NCBI GenBank assembly: GCA_037445735.1
Contig: JBBIJY010000037.1
Location: 1-18,265 of the forward strand
From: Armatimonadota bacterium
GTDB lineage: Bacteria > Armatimonadota > Fimbriimonadia > Fimbriimonadales > GBS-DC
DNA length: 18,265 nucleotides
Direction: 5' to 3'
Every line of letters starts with the position of its first letter. Position 1 is the first letter of the stretch. Below, piece by piece: positions 7,294-16,101 of this stretch. A program made the translations under genes and the position numbers. The notes below the pieces were generated by a model. That model was not told where the DNA came from. It did not search any database and was given only the letters and a program-made list of their open reading frames with translations.

Positions 7294-8057
7294 TCTTCGT
7301 CCCCCATATAGTATACCTCGCTTTTGTGTGCGCGAGGGTTCACGATTTCGCCGTTGAGTTCCCAGTCGGTTTCACAGCGGGACAGGCGCAGGATGCCCAC
7401 GCCGCGCGCGAAGGGTCTCGCCTGCGCAATCCACACGCGCCCGACGCGCTCTGGCGTCTTCAGCGGCGTGTGTGAGTGCCCACCGATGATCAGATCCAGC
7501 AGTGGGCACGCCTCCGCCAGTTTGCGGTCCTGCTCAACGCCGATGTGGGTGAGCGCAACGAGCAGGTCGACATCGGGGCGCAGGCGGCTCGCCCACTCCT
7601 GCGCGACGCTCAGTGGCGGGTCGAACAGGTACGCGCTGACGGACGCACTGCGCATGTGGGGCGTAATCATCGGCACGGTCAAGCCGATGATGCCGATGCG
7701 CACGCCTGCATGCTCGCCCTGCCAGATGGGTTGCACGGGTAGCGGCGTGTCGGGCTGTTTCGAGCGCAGATTGGCGCACAGCAGCGGGCAGGGCGCGCCC
7801 CGCACCTTCGCCAGAAAGCCTGAGGGCAAAAAGTGAAACTCACGGTTGCCGATCGTCGCGGCGTGATAGCCCGCCTGACGCATAAACTCCCACGCCGATT
7901 CGGGCTTGAGCGGGATGGCGAGGTTGCCCGCGCGGATGCAGTCGCCCGCGTCGAGCAGCAGCGCGTTCAGTTGCTCGCGCAGCTGGCGCAGCGCGTCGGC
8001 GAACGGCTGGCTCCAGCGACCATGCACATCGTTGGTGTGCAGGATGGTGAGCGTCAT
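7290..8057 (-). CDS. Calcineurin-like metallophosphoesterase (5'-nucleotidase N-terminal domain only)
   Basis: ILHTNDVHG, LDAGD, GNREF, LTHIG and IIGGHSHT. The start at 8057 overlaps the trpC stop (ATGA). Confidence 0.88.
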   Translation of the reverse strand: MTLTILHTNDVHGRWSQPFADALRQLREQLNALLLDAGDCIRAGNLAIPLKPESAWEFMRQAGYHAATIGNREFHFLPSGFLAKVRGAPCPLLCANLRSKQPDTPLPVQPIWQGEHAGVRIGIIGLTVPMITPHMRSASVSAYLFDPPLSVAQEWASRLRPDVDLLVALTHIGVEQDRKLAEACPLLDLIIGGHSHTPLKTPERVGRVWIAQARPFARGVGILRLSRCETDWELNGEIVNPRAHKSEVYYMGDEE

Positions 8058-8845
8058 CGGCAGGCTCGCATCCATTCGGCAATCAGCGGGCGCGGGTCAT
8101 CCGCGCGCATCAGCGTCTCACCGACCAGAATCGCCTTCACGCCTGCCTGCTGGAGCGCACGCACCTGTTCAGTGGTCTCGATGCCGCTCTCGCTCACCAG
8201 CAGGCAATCGGCGGGCACGCGCGGCAGCAGGTCGAAGGTGGTCTGCAGGCTGGTCTCGAAGGTGTGCAGGTTGCGGTTGTTGACGCCGATGAGCGTGGCG
8301 CCGCTTGCGAGGGCGCGCTCCAGCTCGCTGGCGGTATGCACCTCCACAAGCGCGTCCAGCCCCAGCGATTCGGCAAGCTCACGCCACTCGCGCAGGGCGG
8401 AATCGCTCTCGATGGCAGCCACAATCAGCAGGATGGCGTCGGCGCCCATCACACGGCTCTCATAAATCTGGTAGGGGTCAACGATGAAGTCCTTGCGCAA
8501 CAGGGGCAGCGGCACCTGCGGGCGGATAAGGTTCAGGAACTCCAGTCGCCCGCCGAAGAACGGCTCGTCGGTCAGCACACTGAGCGCGTCCGCGCCCGCC
8601 TCGTGATAGCGGCGGGCAATCGCGAGCGGGTCGAACTGCGAGCGAATGACGCCTTTGCTGGGCGAAGCGCGTTTCAGTTCAGCAATCAGCGCGATGGGGT
8701 TCGGCGTACGGCGCAGCGCGTTCAGGAACCCGCGCGTGGGCGGCAGGTCGCGCAGCCGCGCCCGCAGCTCCCGCTCGGGCAGCTGCGCCTGGCAAGCCGC
8801 CACCTCCGCCCGCTTCGATTCCAGAATGCGCGCCAGTACCGTCAT
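8054..8845 (-). CDS. trpC: Indole-3-glycerol phosphate synthase
   Basis: IAELKRASPSKG, LSVLTDEPFFGG, LLRKDFI, GVNNRNL, VSESGI and LVGETLM. Start MTVLARIL at 8845. Confidence 0.97.
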   Translation of the reverse strand: MTVLARILESKRAEVAACQAQLPERELRARLRDLPPTRGFLNALRRTPNPIALIAELKRASPSKGVIRSQFDPLAIARRYHEAGADALSVLTDEPFFGGRLEFLNLIRPQVPLPLLRKDFIVDPYQIYESRVMGADAILLIVAAIESDSALREWRELAESLGLDALVEVHTASELERALASGATLIGVNNRNLHTFETSLQTTFDLLPRVPADCLLVSESGIETTEQVRALQQAGVKAILVGETLMRADDPRPLIAEWMRACR

Positions 8846-8967
8846 CGACTGGCGAAAGCATACCCGAATCGCAGGCGAAATAAAGCTGTGAGACGCGCTA
8901 CCCGTGAAATTAACGACCGAATCGGCGCAAAAACCCCAAAAAGTGGTCAGGTAGACAAATGTACCAC

Positions 8968-8996
8968 TTGACAAACGGCTTCATGCGTAGTATATT
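8968..8996 (+). promoter_or_regulatory. sigma70 promoter of the 9078-12345 operon
   Basis: TTGACA (8968-8973), 17 nt, TATATT (8991-8996). Confidence 0.8.
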
Positions 8997-9077
8997 TAAT
9001 TCCCAGTAGCCTGAACAGCCGCATGAGGCTTGGTTTGCAGGCTGCTGATCGAAATTCTGTCAAACGGAGGGTCAGTG

Positions 9078-10430
9078 ATGAATCAACGCAATCGCTGGAT
9101 TGCTGGAGCGAGCGCCTTTACAGTGGTGGCGCTGATAAGCATGTCGTTTGCGCAGTCTGTCAAGGCTCAACCATCCGAGCCTTACGCCCCGTCGATTGTC
9201 GTTCAGGAGCAAGGCCCCGTTGATCTCAATCTGAGCTGGGAGCTGGTTCCACGCGCCCCCATCAAGTTCACCCCGTTTGACATGGTGGACCCGAATACGG
9301 GGAAACCTGTTCGCCCCGATGATTGGATCGAAGTGAACGGTGTCAGAGTAAAGGCGGGCGAGTTTTATCGCCGTTTGAACGAGATGGAGCGCTGGCTTAA
9401 CGAGCGCGGCTACTCTCTCCGCACGGATACCCATTTTGAATACTACTCTCCGGAACTGGAAGCCCAGATCGCCGATTCAGAGCGTCGCCTGCGCGAGTTT
9501 GAGGCGCGGATACCGATAGAGGGCGAACCTGGGGAAGATCAGTTCTATCCCGCCGCCTGTACAGGCGATAGCCGAAGTTTCGACACGAACTGGTATGGAA
9601 ACAGCCTGTGGGGTCTTCGCCTGTATGGTTCTGGAAGTTTTCAAGCTTGCTTCCCAGGCAACAACGGGAGCATCGCCTCTGGCACGGTCAATGGGCAAGC
9701 ACAACTGGACGGGCGATTAGCCAATTTTACCCGAACCATTGCTCAAGCGAATGGTGCTGCCAGCGGCAACCTGCGGATGCAATATGTTGGTGGCAGTCTG
9801 TCAACATACTTAGAGTATAGCTACAACATCAGCGTCAGCGTTTTTGGGAATCAGGTCTGGGGTCCCAGTGGTTCCGGGCAGGTTCCCCTCTCCTATACGC
9901 GCAGCTGGAACTGGCAGATTGCCAGCTTTAACTGGTCTAGTCCAACCATCAAGTTGGGATGCATCTCTATATTGGGCATTCCCATTTGCTTGAATGGGCA
10001 AGTAGGTGTTAGCGGATCTGCATATCTCACAGCATCCGTCGATATTAATCTATTTGCCCAAACTGCTTCTGTGCGCCCCTATGGCTCCGCCAGTGGTTGG
10101 GCGGCTGCTTGGATTGGTGCGAACGCTGGCTTAGCGCGTGTAGAGGCGGGTGTGCGCGGCACACTCAACTTCTTCAACGGCGGCATTGAAGGGCGTGCTA
10201 CTGGCAACCTGAGCATCGCATCTAATTGCGCCCTCTATAACTTTAATGCTCAGCTGAATGCCTCTATTTCCGCTCTAAGTGGTCAAGTGGAAGCCTTCGC
10301 ACGCGGCTGCATCTGGTTCTTCGGCTGGCGATGCGCAGAAGGCTCCATTCGCCTTTTCTCCTGGGACGGTCTGAACTGGAATCAGACAATAGGTCAGTTC
10401 TCCCGAACTTACCCGATCTACTGCTGGTAA
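9078..10430 (+). CDS. Secreted hypothetical protein with small N-terminal domain and long amphipathic beta-sheet C-terminal region
   Basis: RBS GGAGG at 9066-9070 and a signal peptide (…ISMSFA-Q). About 450 aa. The C-terminal two-thirds is G/A/S/N-rich with alternating hydrophobic strands and 8 Cys. Confidence 0.85.
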   Translation: MNQRNRWIAGASAFTVVALISMSFAQSVKAQPSEPYAPSIVVQEQGPVDLNLSWELVPRAPIKFTPFDMVDPNTGKPVRPDDWIEVNGVRVKAGEFYRRLNEMERWLNERGYSLRTDTHFEYYSPELEAQIADSERRLREFEARIPIEGEPGEDQFYPAACTGDSRSFDTNWYGNSLWGLRLYGSGSFQACFPGNNGSIASGTVNGQAQLDGRLANFTRTIAQANGAASGNLRMQYVGGSLSTYLEYSYNISVSVFGNQVWGPSGSGQVPLSYTRSWNWQIASFNWSSPTIKLGCISILGIPICLNGQVGVSGSAYLTASVDINLFAQTASVRPYGSASGWAAAWIGANAGLARVEAGVRGTLNFFNGGIEGRATGNLSIASNCALYNFNAQLNASISALSGQVEAFARGCIWFFGWRCAEGSIRLFSWDGLNWNQTIGQFSRTYPIYCW

Positions 10431-10442
10431 ACCTGGTTATAT

Positions 10443-10470
10443 CCCTCCCACGGGGTTCCCCGTGGGAGGG
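10443..10470. other. Perfect intercistronic inverted repeat (hairpin)
   Basis: ccctcccacgggg-tt-ccccgtgggaggg, ending 3 nt before RBS AAGGAGG (10474-10480). Confidence 0.8.
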
Positions 10471-10485
10471 TCTAAGGAGGTTTCC

Positions 10486-12345
10486 ATGATTCGTCTGATA
10501 GCAATTGCCATCATAGCTATTCTTTCTTCTTATAGTTCCTTCTCGCAGGTAAGAAATCTCGAACTTCACTACAAAGTTGACGGAGAGAGCCGCTCCCACT
10601 TCTGGATGCAAGGGCTTCAGAATCAACCACCCACCCAACAGCCTGAGTGGAGCGCTATTAATCATTTTTCTTATGATATTATCTTGACCTTGCTAAGGGA
10701 GAATCTGTGGCGAATAGATTGGAAAAACTGGCAGATTAATGGCTTCATTCCCGAATCGTTCAAGCCGCTACTGGATTATGTTCAAAAAATCACTCCTATA
10801 TATGTGCATCGCTATTCTGGCGGGCACCTGCAATTTGCATGCCCGCGCATTAAGGAGGTGTGGCAGCGCCAAGCCGTTGGTGGTATACTCTGGTACTTTC
10901 AATTTGTACGCCCATCTCGCAATGCCTCAGAATGGCGCGTGAAGGAGGCACATCCAAGCGGAATGATTATTTGCCGATATCGACTGGTACGCCAGACCAA
11001 AACAGTGCGCATCTACCGCAAAAGTGTTGAGGAGGTTCTGATTCCTGCTACCGAAAAGCAAATGGGTAAACAGCACCGAATAGAGGGGTACTTAACTTAT
11101 GAAATCGACCGCAAAGGTGTCATTATGCGAGTTAGTGGAACCCTCCAGGAGCGTGTGAATCTGTATGGTATTTCAACAACAAATACAAAACAGGCGATTC
11201 GAATCACCCTTCAGAAGCGCCAGCAGCTTGCTTCTTCGCGTTTATTAGTTTTGCGAAGTCAGGTGGAACAGGTTTTTCAGTCTCATCCCCGTTACTCGCT
11301 GTATGCCCCGCCGACCGAAGAGGAGCAAAGCCTTCTTCGAGCACAAAGTATTCTACAAGGCACTCAACCGGAGCAGCTTTTGAAAGAGGTGGTAACACTG
11401 CGCCGAAACCTACCCAGCGATCCTCAGAGGCGTCAGGATTTACTAACGAAACTGGCGCTGCGGCTGGAATCGGCTCTTACCTTGCATCCTGATAAAATGT
11501 TCCCAGCTATTAAAAAAATGCTGGAACAATCTGAAGCGGCTGATGAGTTTTACTGGACTCTTCTGCGGCTTCTGACCGATTCATCCTCAGCGGAAGCGCA
11601 AGCTATTCTGTTGGAACAATTAGGTTCTTCTTCGGAAGAGAAGCGCTTAGCCGCAGCGCGTCAAATCGCTTGGTTGCGCCGACCGTCGCCTGACACCTTC
11701 CAAAAACTCTGGCAGCAAGCGCAAAGTGCCGATGCTGAGATCCGCTCAACACTGGAAATCAGTCTCAGTATCCTTGCTAAATCCCTTCCTGACAGCGCGA
11801 AGAACTTGATCGACCAGTTTGCTACCTGGGCGATGAACAATCTGCAAAGCGCGATCGATGAAAACAACGAGCCGAACCAGATTCACTGGCTGCGCGTGGC
11901 GATTAACCTGGCACATCCTATCTTCTGGGATACTGTAGCGAAGCTGGTGAAAAGTGGTTCGGAACAAGTGCGCTTGCTGGCTGTGGAAGCGCTAAGCAAG
12001 CAAGATATCAAGCGTGCGTTTCCTGTTCTGCGATCGAGTTTCGAAATGGAGCCGTCTCTATCGGTACGCGAGGCAGTTGTGTTCCATGCTGTGCGGCAAG
12101 GCTGGGAACTCTCCGAGGTGCGCGTTTTCATAGAGTGGGCTGCATTTAATGATCCCGAATTGCGTATACGCAAGGCATGCGTACAGGTTCTGCTGGAGCT
12201 GGCGCCGAAAAGTCAGCAGGCTATCAATCTGCTGGCTCAGATTGCGGAGCGGAATTCGATGCCGGCTATTCGGCGCGAAGCGATGATCGCGCTGGCGGCC
12301 CTACATGCCAGCGGTATCAAGGTGCCCGATTTAAAGGGACGCTAA
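10486..12345 (+). CDS. Secreted HEAT-repeat protein with N-terminal beta domain (vitellogenin-N/MTP-like architecture)
   Basis: Signal peptide MIRLIAIAIIAILSSYSSFS. The first ~240 aa are beta-rich, including WRVKEAHPSGMIICRY. HEAT-like repeats follow: EEKRLAAARQIA, EQVRLLAVEALS, LSVREAVV, LRIRKACVQVL, PAIRREAMIALA. Confidence 0.8.
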   Translation: MIRLIAIAIIAILSSYSSFSQVRNLELHYKVDGESRSHFWMQGLQNQPPTQQPEWSAINHFSYDIILTLLRENLWRIDWKNWQINGFIPESFKPLLDYVQKITPIYVHRYSGGHLQFACPRIKEVWQRQAVGGILWYFQFVRPSRNASEWRVKEAHPSGMIICRYRLVRQTKTVRIYRKSVEEVLIPATEKQMGKQHRIEGYLTYEIDRKGVIMRVSGTLQERVNLYGISTTNTKQAIRITLQKRQQLASSRLLVLRSQVEQVFQSHPRYSLYAPPTEEEQSLLRAQSILQGTQPEQLLKEVVTLRRNLPSDPQRRQDLLTKLALRLESALTLHPDKMFPAIKKMLEQSEAADEFYWTLLRLLTDSSSAEAQAILLEQLGSSSEEKRLAAARQIAWLRRPSPDTFQKLWQQAQSADAEIRSTLEISLSILAKSLPDSAKNLIDQFATWAMNNLQSAIDENNEPNQIHWLRVAINLAHPIFWDTVAKLVKSGSEQVRLLAVEALSKQDIKRAFPVLRSSFEMEPSLSVREAVVFHAVRQGWELSEVRVFIEWAAFNDPELRIRKACVQVLLELAPKSQQAINLLAQIAERNSMPAIRREAMIALAALHASGIKVPDLKGR

Positions 12346-12354
12346 GGCGCACCA

Positions 12355-13728
12355 TTAGAACAGGATTGCCTTCGCTACCAGAAAATAGATGAGCAGCCCT
12401 GCAGCGTCTATTAAGGTGGTGATGGCGGGCGCGGACATCACCGCCGGGTCGATATTGAGCCGTTTGGCGAGCAGGGGCAGCATCGCGCCCACCAGCGTCG
12501 CCAGCAGAATAATCAGCATCTGCGCAATGCCAACGGTGAGCGCCAGCCCAAACGCGATAGCGCGATGGCGGGGGTCGATCCATGTCCAGAAGAAGGCGTT
12601 GGCGATGCCGATTAGACCGATAATGGCTCCAAGCAGCAGCCCTGTCAGCGCCTCACGCCCCATCACGCGCAGAATCTGTCCCCAGCGCACCTCACCCAAG
12701 GCGATCGCGCGGGTGACGGTGGTGGTGGTCTGGGCGCCCGCGTTGCCGCCCGTACCAATCAGCAGCGGCACAAACCACGCCAGTGCCGTCACCGCGCTCA
12801 ACTCCTCATCATAGTGGCGCAATACCGTGCCCGTGAGCCGCTCGGCAATAAACAGCAGAATGAGCCAGCGCACCCGCTTGCGCACCAGATCCCACGGCGA
12901 CTGGCTCAGATACGGCTCTTCGGTCGCCTCCACCGCGCCCAGCTTCAGCACATCCTCCGTGCTTTCACTCACCAGAATATCGACCACATCGTCGATGGTT
13001 ACAATCCCCAGCATGCGCCCCAGCTCGTCCACCACTGGCACGGCTAACAGGTCATACTTGGAGAGCAGGTTCGCGACCTCTTCCTGGTCGGTGGCGGGCT
13101 GAACCACCACCAGGTCGGTCTCCATAATCTGCTCGATGCGCTTGCTGGGGTCTGCCAGCACCAGCTCGCGCAGGGAACAGACGCCCACCAGCCGCTGGCG
13201 CGTGTCCACCGCATAAAGATAGTAGATGGTCTCGATGTCGGGTCCGATCTGGCGCAGGTGGTCGAGGGCTTGTTCGACCGTCCATTCGGGTCGCACGCGC
13301 ACATACTGGCGCACCATCAGGCGTCCAGCGGTGTTGGGAGGATATTCGAGCAGCTCGCGCACATCGCGCGCTTCGGGTGGCGCCATCTGCTGGAGCAGGG
13401 CTTCGGCTTTTGGCTCCTCCAGCTCTTCAAGAATCTGGGCGGCGTCGTCGGCGGGCAGAGCCTGCAGCAGGCGGGCGGCTTTGTCCAGCGGGATATGTTC
13501 GAAAATCTCTTCCACCAGCACGGGTTCGAGGTAGTCCAGCACTTCGGCTGCCTGTTCTTCGGGCATCTGGACAAGCACCAGCGCCTGCTGGGCGGGGTCA
13601 TCCAGCAGGGTGAGCGCTTCGGCGATATCCTGTGGCGGGATGTCCTGCACAATCGCAGGGATCAGCCCGTCGGTCGCCTGAAGTTCCTCGCGCAATCGCT
13701 CCGCCAGTGCCTCCACACGCTCCGGCAT
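12355..13728 (-). CDS. mgtE: Magnesium transporter MgtE
   Basis: N-domain, CBS pair (TAGRLM...YYLYAVD...KYDLLAVPVVD...GIVTIDD) and TM domain with GTGGNAGAQ and IDPAVMSAPAITTLID. RBS GGAGGTG at 13734-13740. Confidence 0.96.
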   Translation of the reverse strand: MPERVEALAERLREELQATDGLIPAIVQDIPPQDIAEALTLLDDPAQQALVLVQMPEEQAAEVLDYLEPVLVEEIFEHIPLDKAARLLQALPADDAAQILEELEEPKAEALLQQMAPPEARDVRELLEYPPNTAGRLMVRQYVRVRPEWTVEQALDHLRQIGPDIETIYYLYAVDTRQRLVGVCSLRELVLADPSKRIEQIMETDLVVVQPATDQEEVANLLSKYDLLAVPVVDELGRMLGIVTIDDVVDILVSESTEDVLKLGAVEATEEPYLSQSPWDLVRKRVRWLILLFIAERLTGTVLRHYDEELSAVTALAWFVPLLIGTGGNAGAQTTTTVTRAIALGEVRWGQILRVMGREALTGLLLGAIIGLIGIANAFFWTWIDPRHRAIAFGLALTVGIAQMLIILLATLVGAMLPLLAKRLNIDPAVMSAPAITTLIDAAGLLIYFLVAKAILF

Positions 13729-13764
13729 CCTCTCACCTCCACGCGGGGGAAGATAAACCCATAG

Positions 13765-13788
13765 AGTATACCCCTCTGGAGGTATCCT
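13765..13788. promoter_or_regulatory. Back-to-back -10 elements for divergent mgtE and rarA
   Basis: GGTATACT on minus (TATACT at 13765-13770) and GGTATCCT on plus (TATCCT at 13783-13788). Confidence 0.5.
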
Positions 13789-13796
13789 GATTCGGG

Positions 13797-15122
13797 ATGC
13801 AATCGAGTCTGTTTGGGGAGAATCGGGCGGCGGCGCGGTTGCCGCTGGCGACCCGCATGCGCCCACGCACCTTCGACGAGTTCGTGGGTCAGCAGCACCT
13901 GCTCGCGCCCGGCATGCCTATCCGTCAAGCAATCGAGCAGGGCACGCTGGGGTCGGTGATTCTGTGGGCGCCGCCAGGATGTGGTAAGACCAGCCTCGCC
14001 TACCTGATCGCGCACTATTCGGGCGCGTTTGTGGAAGCGCACAGCGCTGTCAGCGTCGGCATCGCCGAGATTCGTAAGCTGGCAGAACGCGCCCGCCACC
14101 GCCAGCGCACCAGCGGTCAGCCCACCCTGCTGGTGCTGGACGAAATCCACCACTTCAACCGCACCCAGCAGGACGCCCTGCTGGGCTATCTGGAGGACGG
14201 GACCTTCACGCTGGTGGGCGCAACGACCGAGAACCCATTTTTTATCCTCTCTAACGCCCTGCTCTCGCGGGCGCGGGTGCTGACCCTCCAGCCGCTCAGC
14301 GACGAGGAGGTGCGCCTGCTGATCGAACGCGCGCTCCGCGATACCGAGCGCGGGCTGGGCGAGCTGAACCTGCAGATGGAACCCGACGCGCTGAGCCACC
14401 TGATACGGAGCGCGAACGGCGACGCCCGCCTCGCGCTCAATATCCTGGAGACCGCCGCCATGCAAACGCCGCCCGGCGGCACCATCCCGCTCGCGCTGAT
14501 CGAACAGCTCCTGCAGAAACCGATGGTGCGCTACGACCAGCAGGGCGACTATCACTACGACACCATCTCGGCGTTCATCAAGTCGGTTCGGGGCAGCGAC
14601 CCCGACGCCGCCCTGCACTATCTGGCGCGGATGCTGATAGCAGGCGAGGACCCACGCTTCATCATGCGACGGCTGCTGATTCTGGCGAGCGAGGATGTGG
14701 GCAACGCGAACCCGCTGGGGCTGGTGGTGGCATCGGCAGGCGCGCAGGCGGTCGAGCGCGTCGGCATGCCCGAAGCCCAGCTCATTCTGGCGCATGTGAC
14801 GGTCTATCTGGCGACCTCGCCCAAGAGCAACGCCTGCTATCTCGCCCTGCAGCGGGCGCTGCGCGATGTCCAGCAAAAACCTCTGCCGCCCATCCCGTTG
14901 CACCTGCGGAACGCGCCCCATCCCGCGCTCAGAGCGATGGGACATGCGGAAGGCTATCTCTACCCGCACGACTTCCCGCAAGGCTGGGCGCCCCAAACTT
15001 ATCTGCCCGAAGGCGACTGGCAACTGCCCTACTATGAACCCACCGCGCGCGGCGACGAAGCCCGTATCCAGGAATTTCTCAACTATTTACGCCATTTAAA
15101 GAATATTCAGAAAAGCGAATAA
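13797..15122 (+). CDS. rarA: Replication-associated recombination protein A (MgsA/RarA AAA+ ATPase)
   Basis: [61 protein letters not shown] and PLHLRNAP. Confidence 0.96.
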   Translation: MQSSLFGENRAAARLPLATRMRPRTFDEFVGQQHLLAPGMPIRQAIEQGTLGSVILWAPPGCGKTSLAYLIAHYSGAFVEAHSAVSVGIAEIRKLAERARHRQRTSGQPTLLVLDEIHHFNRTQQDALLGYLEDGTFTLVGATTENPFFILSNALLSRARVLTLQPLSDEEVRLLIERALRDTERGLGELNLQMEPDALSHLIRSANGDARLALNILETAAMQTPPGGTIPLALIEQLLQKPMVRYDQQGDYHYDTISAFIKSVRGSDPDAALHYLARMLIAGEDPRFIMRRLLILASEDVGNANPLGLVVASAGAQAVERVGMPEAQLILAHVTVYLATSPKSNACYLALQRALRDVQQKPLPPIPLHLRNAPHPALRAMGHAEGYLYPHDFPQGWAPQTYLPEGDWQLPYYEPTARGDEARIQEFLNYLRHLKNIQKSE

Positions 15123-15196
15123 GGCATAACTCCCACTGCGAACCCGCGGCAACCCTGTAGCCTGTGATGATGGCTGGCATGGGTATACTGTTTCCC

Positions 15197-16006
15197 ATGC
15201 AGACGCGCGTCCTGATTGTGGCGATTGCAGCGGGTCTCTTCGCGCTGGCAGCCGATAACAAGCCGAAAACTTTCACGGAACGCCTGCTCGGCACCACCGT
15301 GCAGTTCGAGATGGTGGAAATCCCGGCGGGCACGATTGAAATGCCCGATCCCGGCGACCCGAACAGAACCCTCACCGTCTCCATCAAACGCTTCTGGATT
15401 GGCAGGACGGAGGTCACCTGGGACGAGTACGGCACCTACGCTTTCAATCAGGAGATTGCGTCGGTGGAAAAGGAGCGCGGCGCCGACGCGATTGCCAAGC
15501 CGAGCAAGCCGTACGGCGCCATCGATCGCGGCTACGGCTATGAGGGCTATCCCGCAATCGGTATGACCTATGTGGCTGCCCAGCGCTACTGTGAATGGCT
15601 CAGCCGCATAACGGGCAAAAAGTATCGCCTGCCAACCGAAGCTGAGTGGGAGTACGCCTGTCGCGCAGGCATGCTGAAACGCGAACCCCTGCCCGCTGAA
15701 CAACTGCAAAAGATGGCGTGGTACAGAGAGAACTCTAACAACAAGCCCCAGCCGGTGGGCAAAAAGACGCCGAATGCGTGGGGCTTGTATGACATGCTGG
15801 GCAATGTGATGGAGTGGTGTCAGGGTCTGGATGGCAAGCCCATCGCCTGCGGCGGCTCCTTCAAAGACCCCGCCGAGAAAGTGCATCCGGGCGCCCGCGA
15901 ACGCCAGACACCCCAGTGGAACATGACCGACCCCCAGTACCCTAAAAGCCGCTGGTGGCTCTCCGATGCGCCCTTCGTGGGTTTCAGGGTTATCTGTGAG
16001 GAGTAG
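15197..16006 (+). CDS. Secreted formylglycine-generating enzyme (FGE-sulfatase/SUMF1) domain protein
   Basis: IGRTEVTWDEY, YRLPTEAEWEYACRAG, PNAWGLYDMLGNVMEWC and GFRVI. Signal peptide MQTRVLIVAIAAGLFALAA. Confidence 0.9.
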   Translation: MQTRVLIVAIAAGLFALAADNKPKTFTERLLGTTVQFEMVEIPAGTIEMPDPGDPNRTLTVSIKRFWIGRTEVTWDEYGTYAFNQEIASVEKERGADAIAKPSKPYGAIDRGYGYEGYPAIGMTYVAAQRYCEWLSRITGKKYRLPTEAEWEYACRAGMLKREPLPAEQLQKMAWYRENSNNKPQPVGKKTPNAWGLYDMLGNVMEWCQGLDGKPIACGGSFKDPAEKVHPGARERQTPQWNMTDPQYPKSRWWLSDAPFVGFRVICEE

Positions 16007-16035
16007 CTTCGCTGGCACTTTTTCAGCCAGCATGC

Positions 16036-16043
16036 GGTATAAT
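16036..16043 (+). promoter_or_regulatory. -10 element of the ftsH promoter
   Basis: GGTATAAT, with TATAAT at 16038-16043. RBS AGGAGG at 16093-16098. Confidence 0.65.
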
Positions 16044-16101
16044 CCTCATGGCACTCTGCCATCATGGAGCGTATGGCTAAATCGGTTTCTACAGGAGGCG
16101 T

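Noticed and set aside
8846-8974. trp attenuator or N-terminal extension of trpC
   Set aside because: There is no Trp-rich leader peptide or terminator, and the conserved TrpC sequence begins at 8845.
13729-13796. M-box/ykoK riboswitch upstream of mgtE
   Set aside because: The intergenic space is only 68 bp and is shared with divergent rarA.
16013-16027. sigma54 promoter (TGGCAC-N7-GC)
   Set aside because: The -12 element is CAGC rather than TTGC, and a perfect TATAAT lies just downstream.
16048-16080. CIRCE/HrcA operator upstream of ftsH
   Set aside because: The left arm TGGCACTC is similar, but the right arm and 9-nt spacing do not match GAGTGCTAA. It is better explained as the small hairpin atggca-ctc-tgccat.
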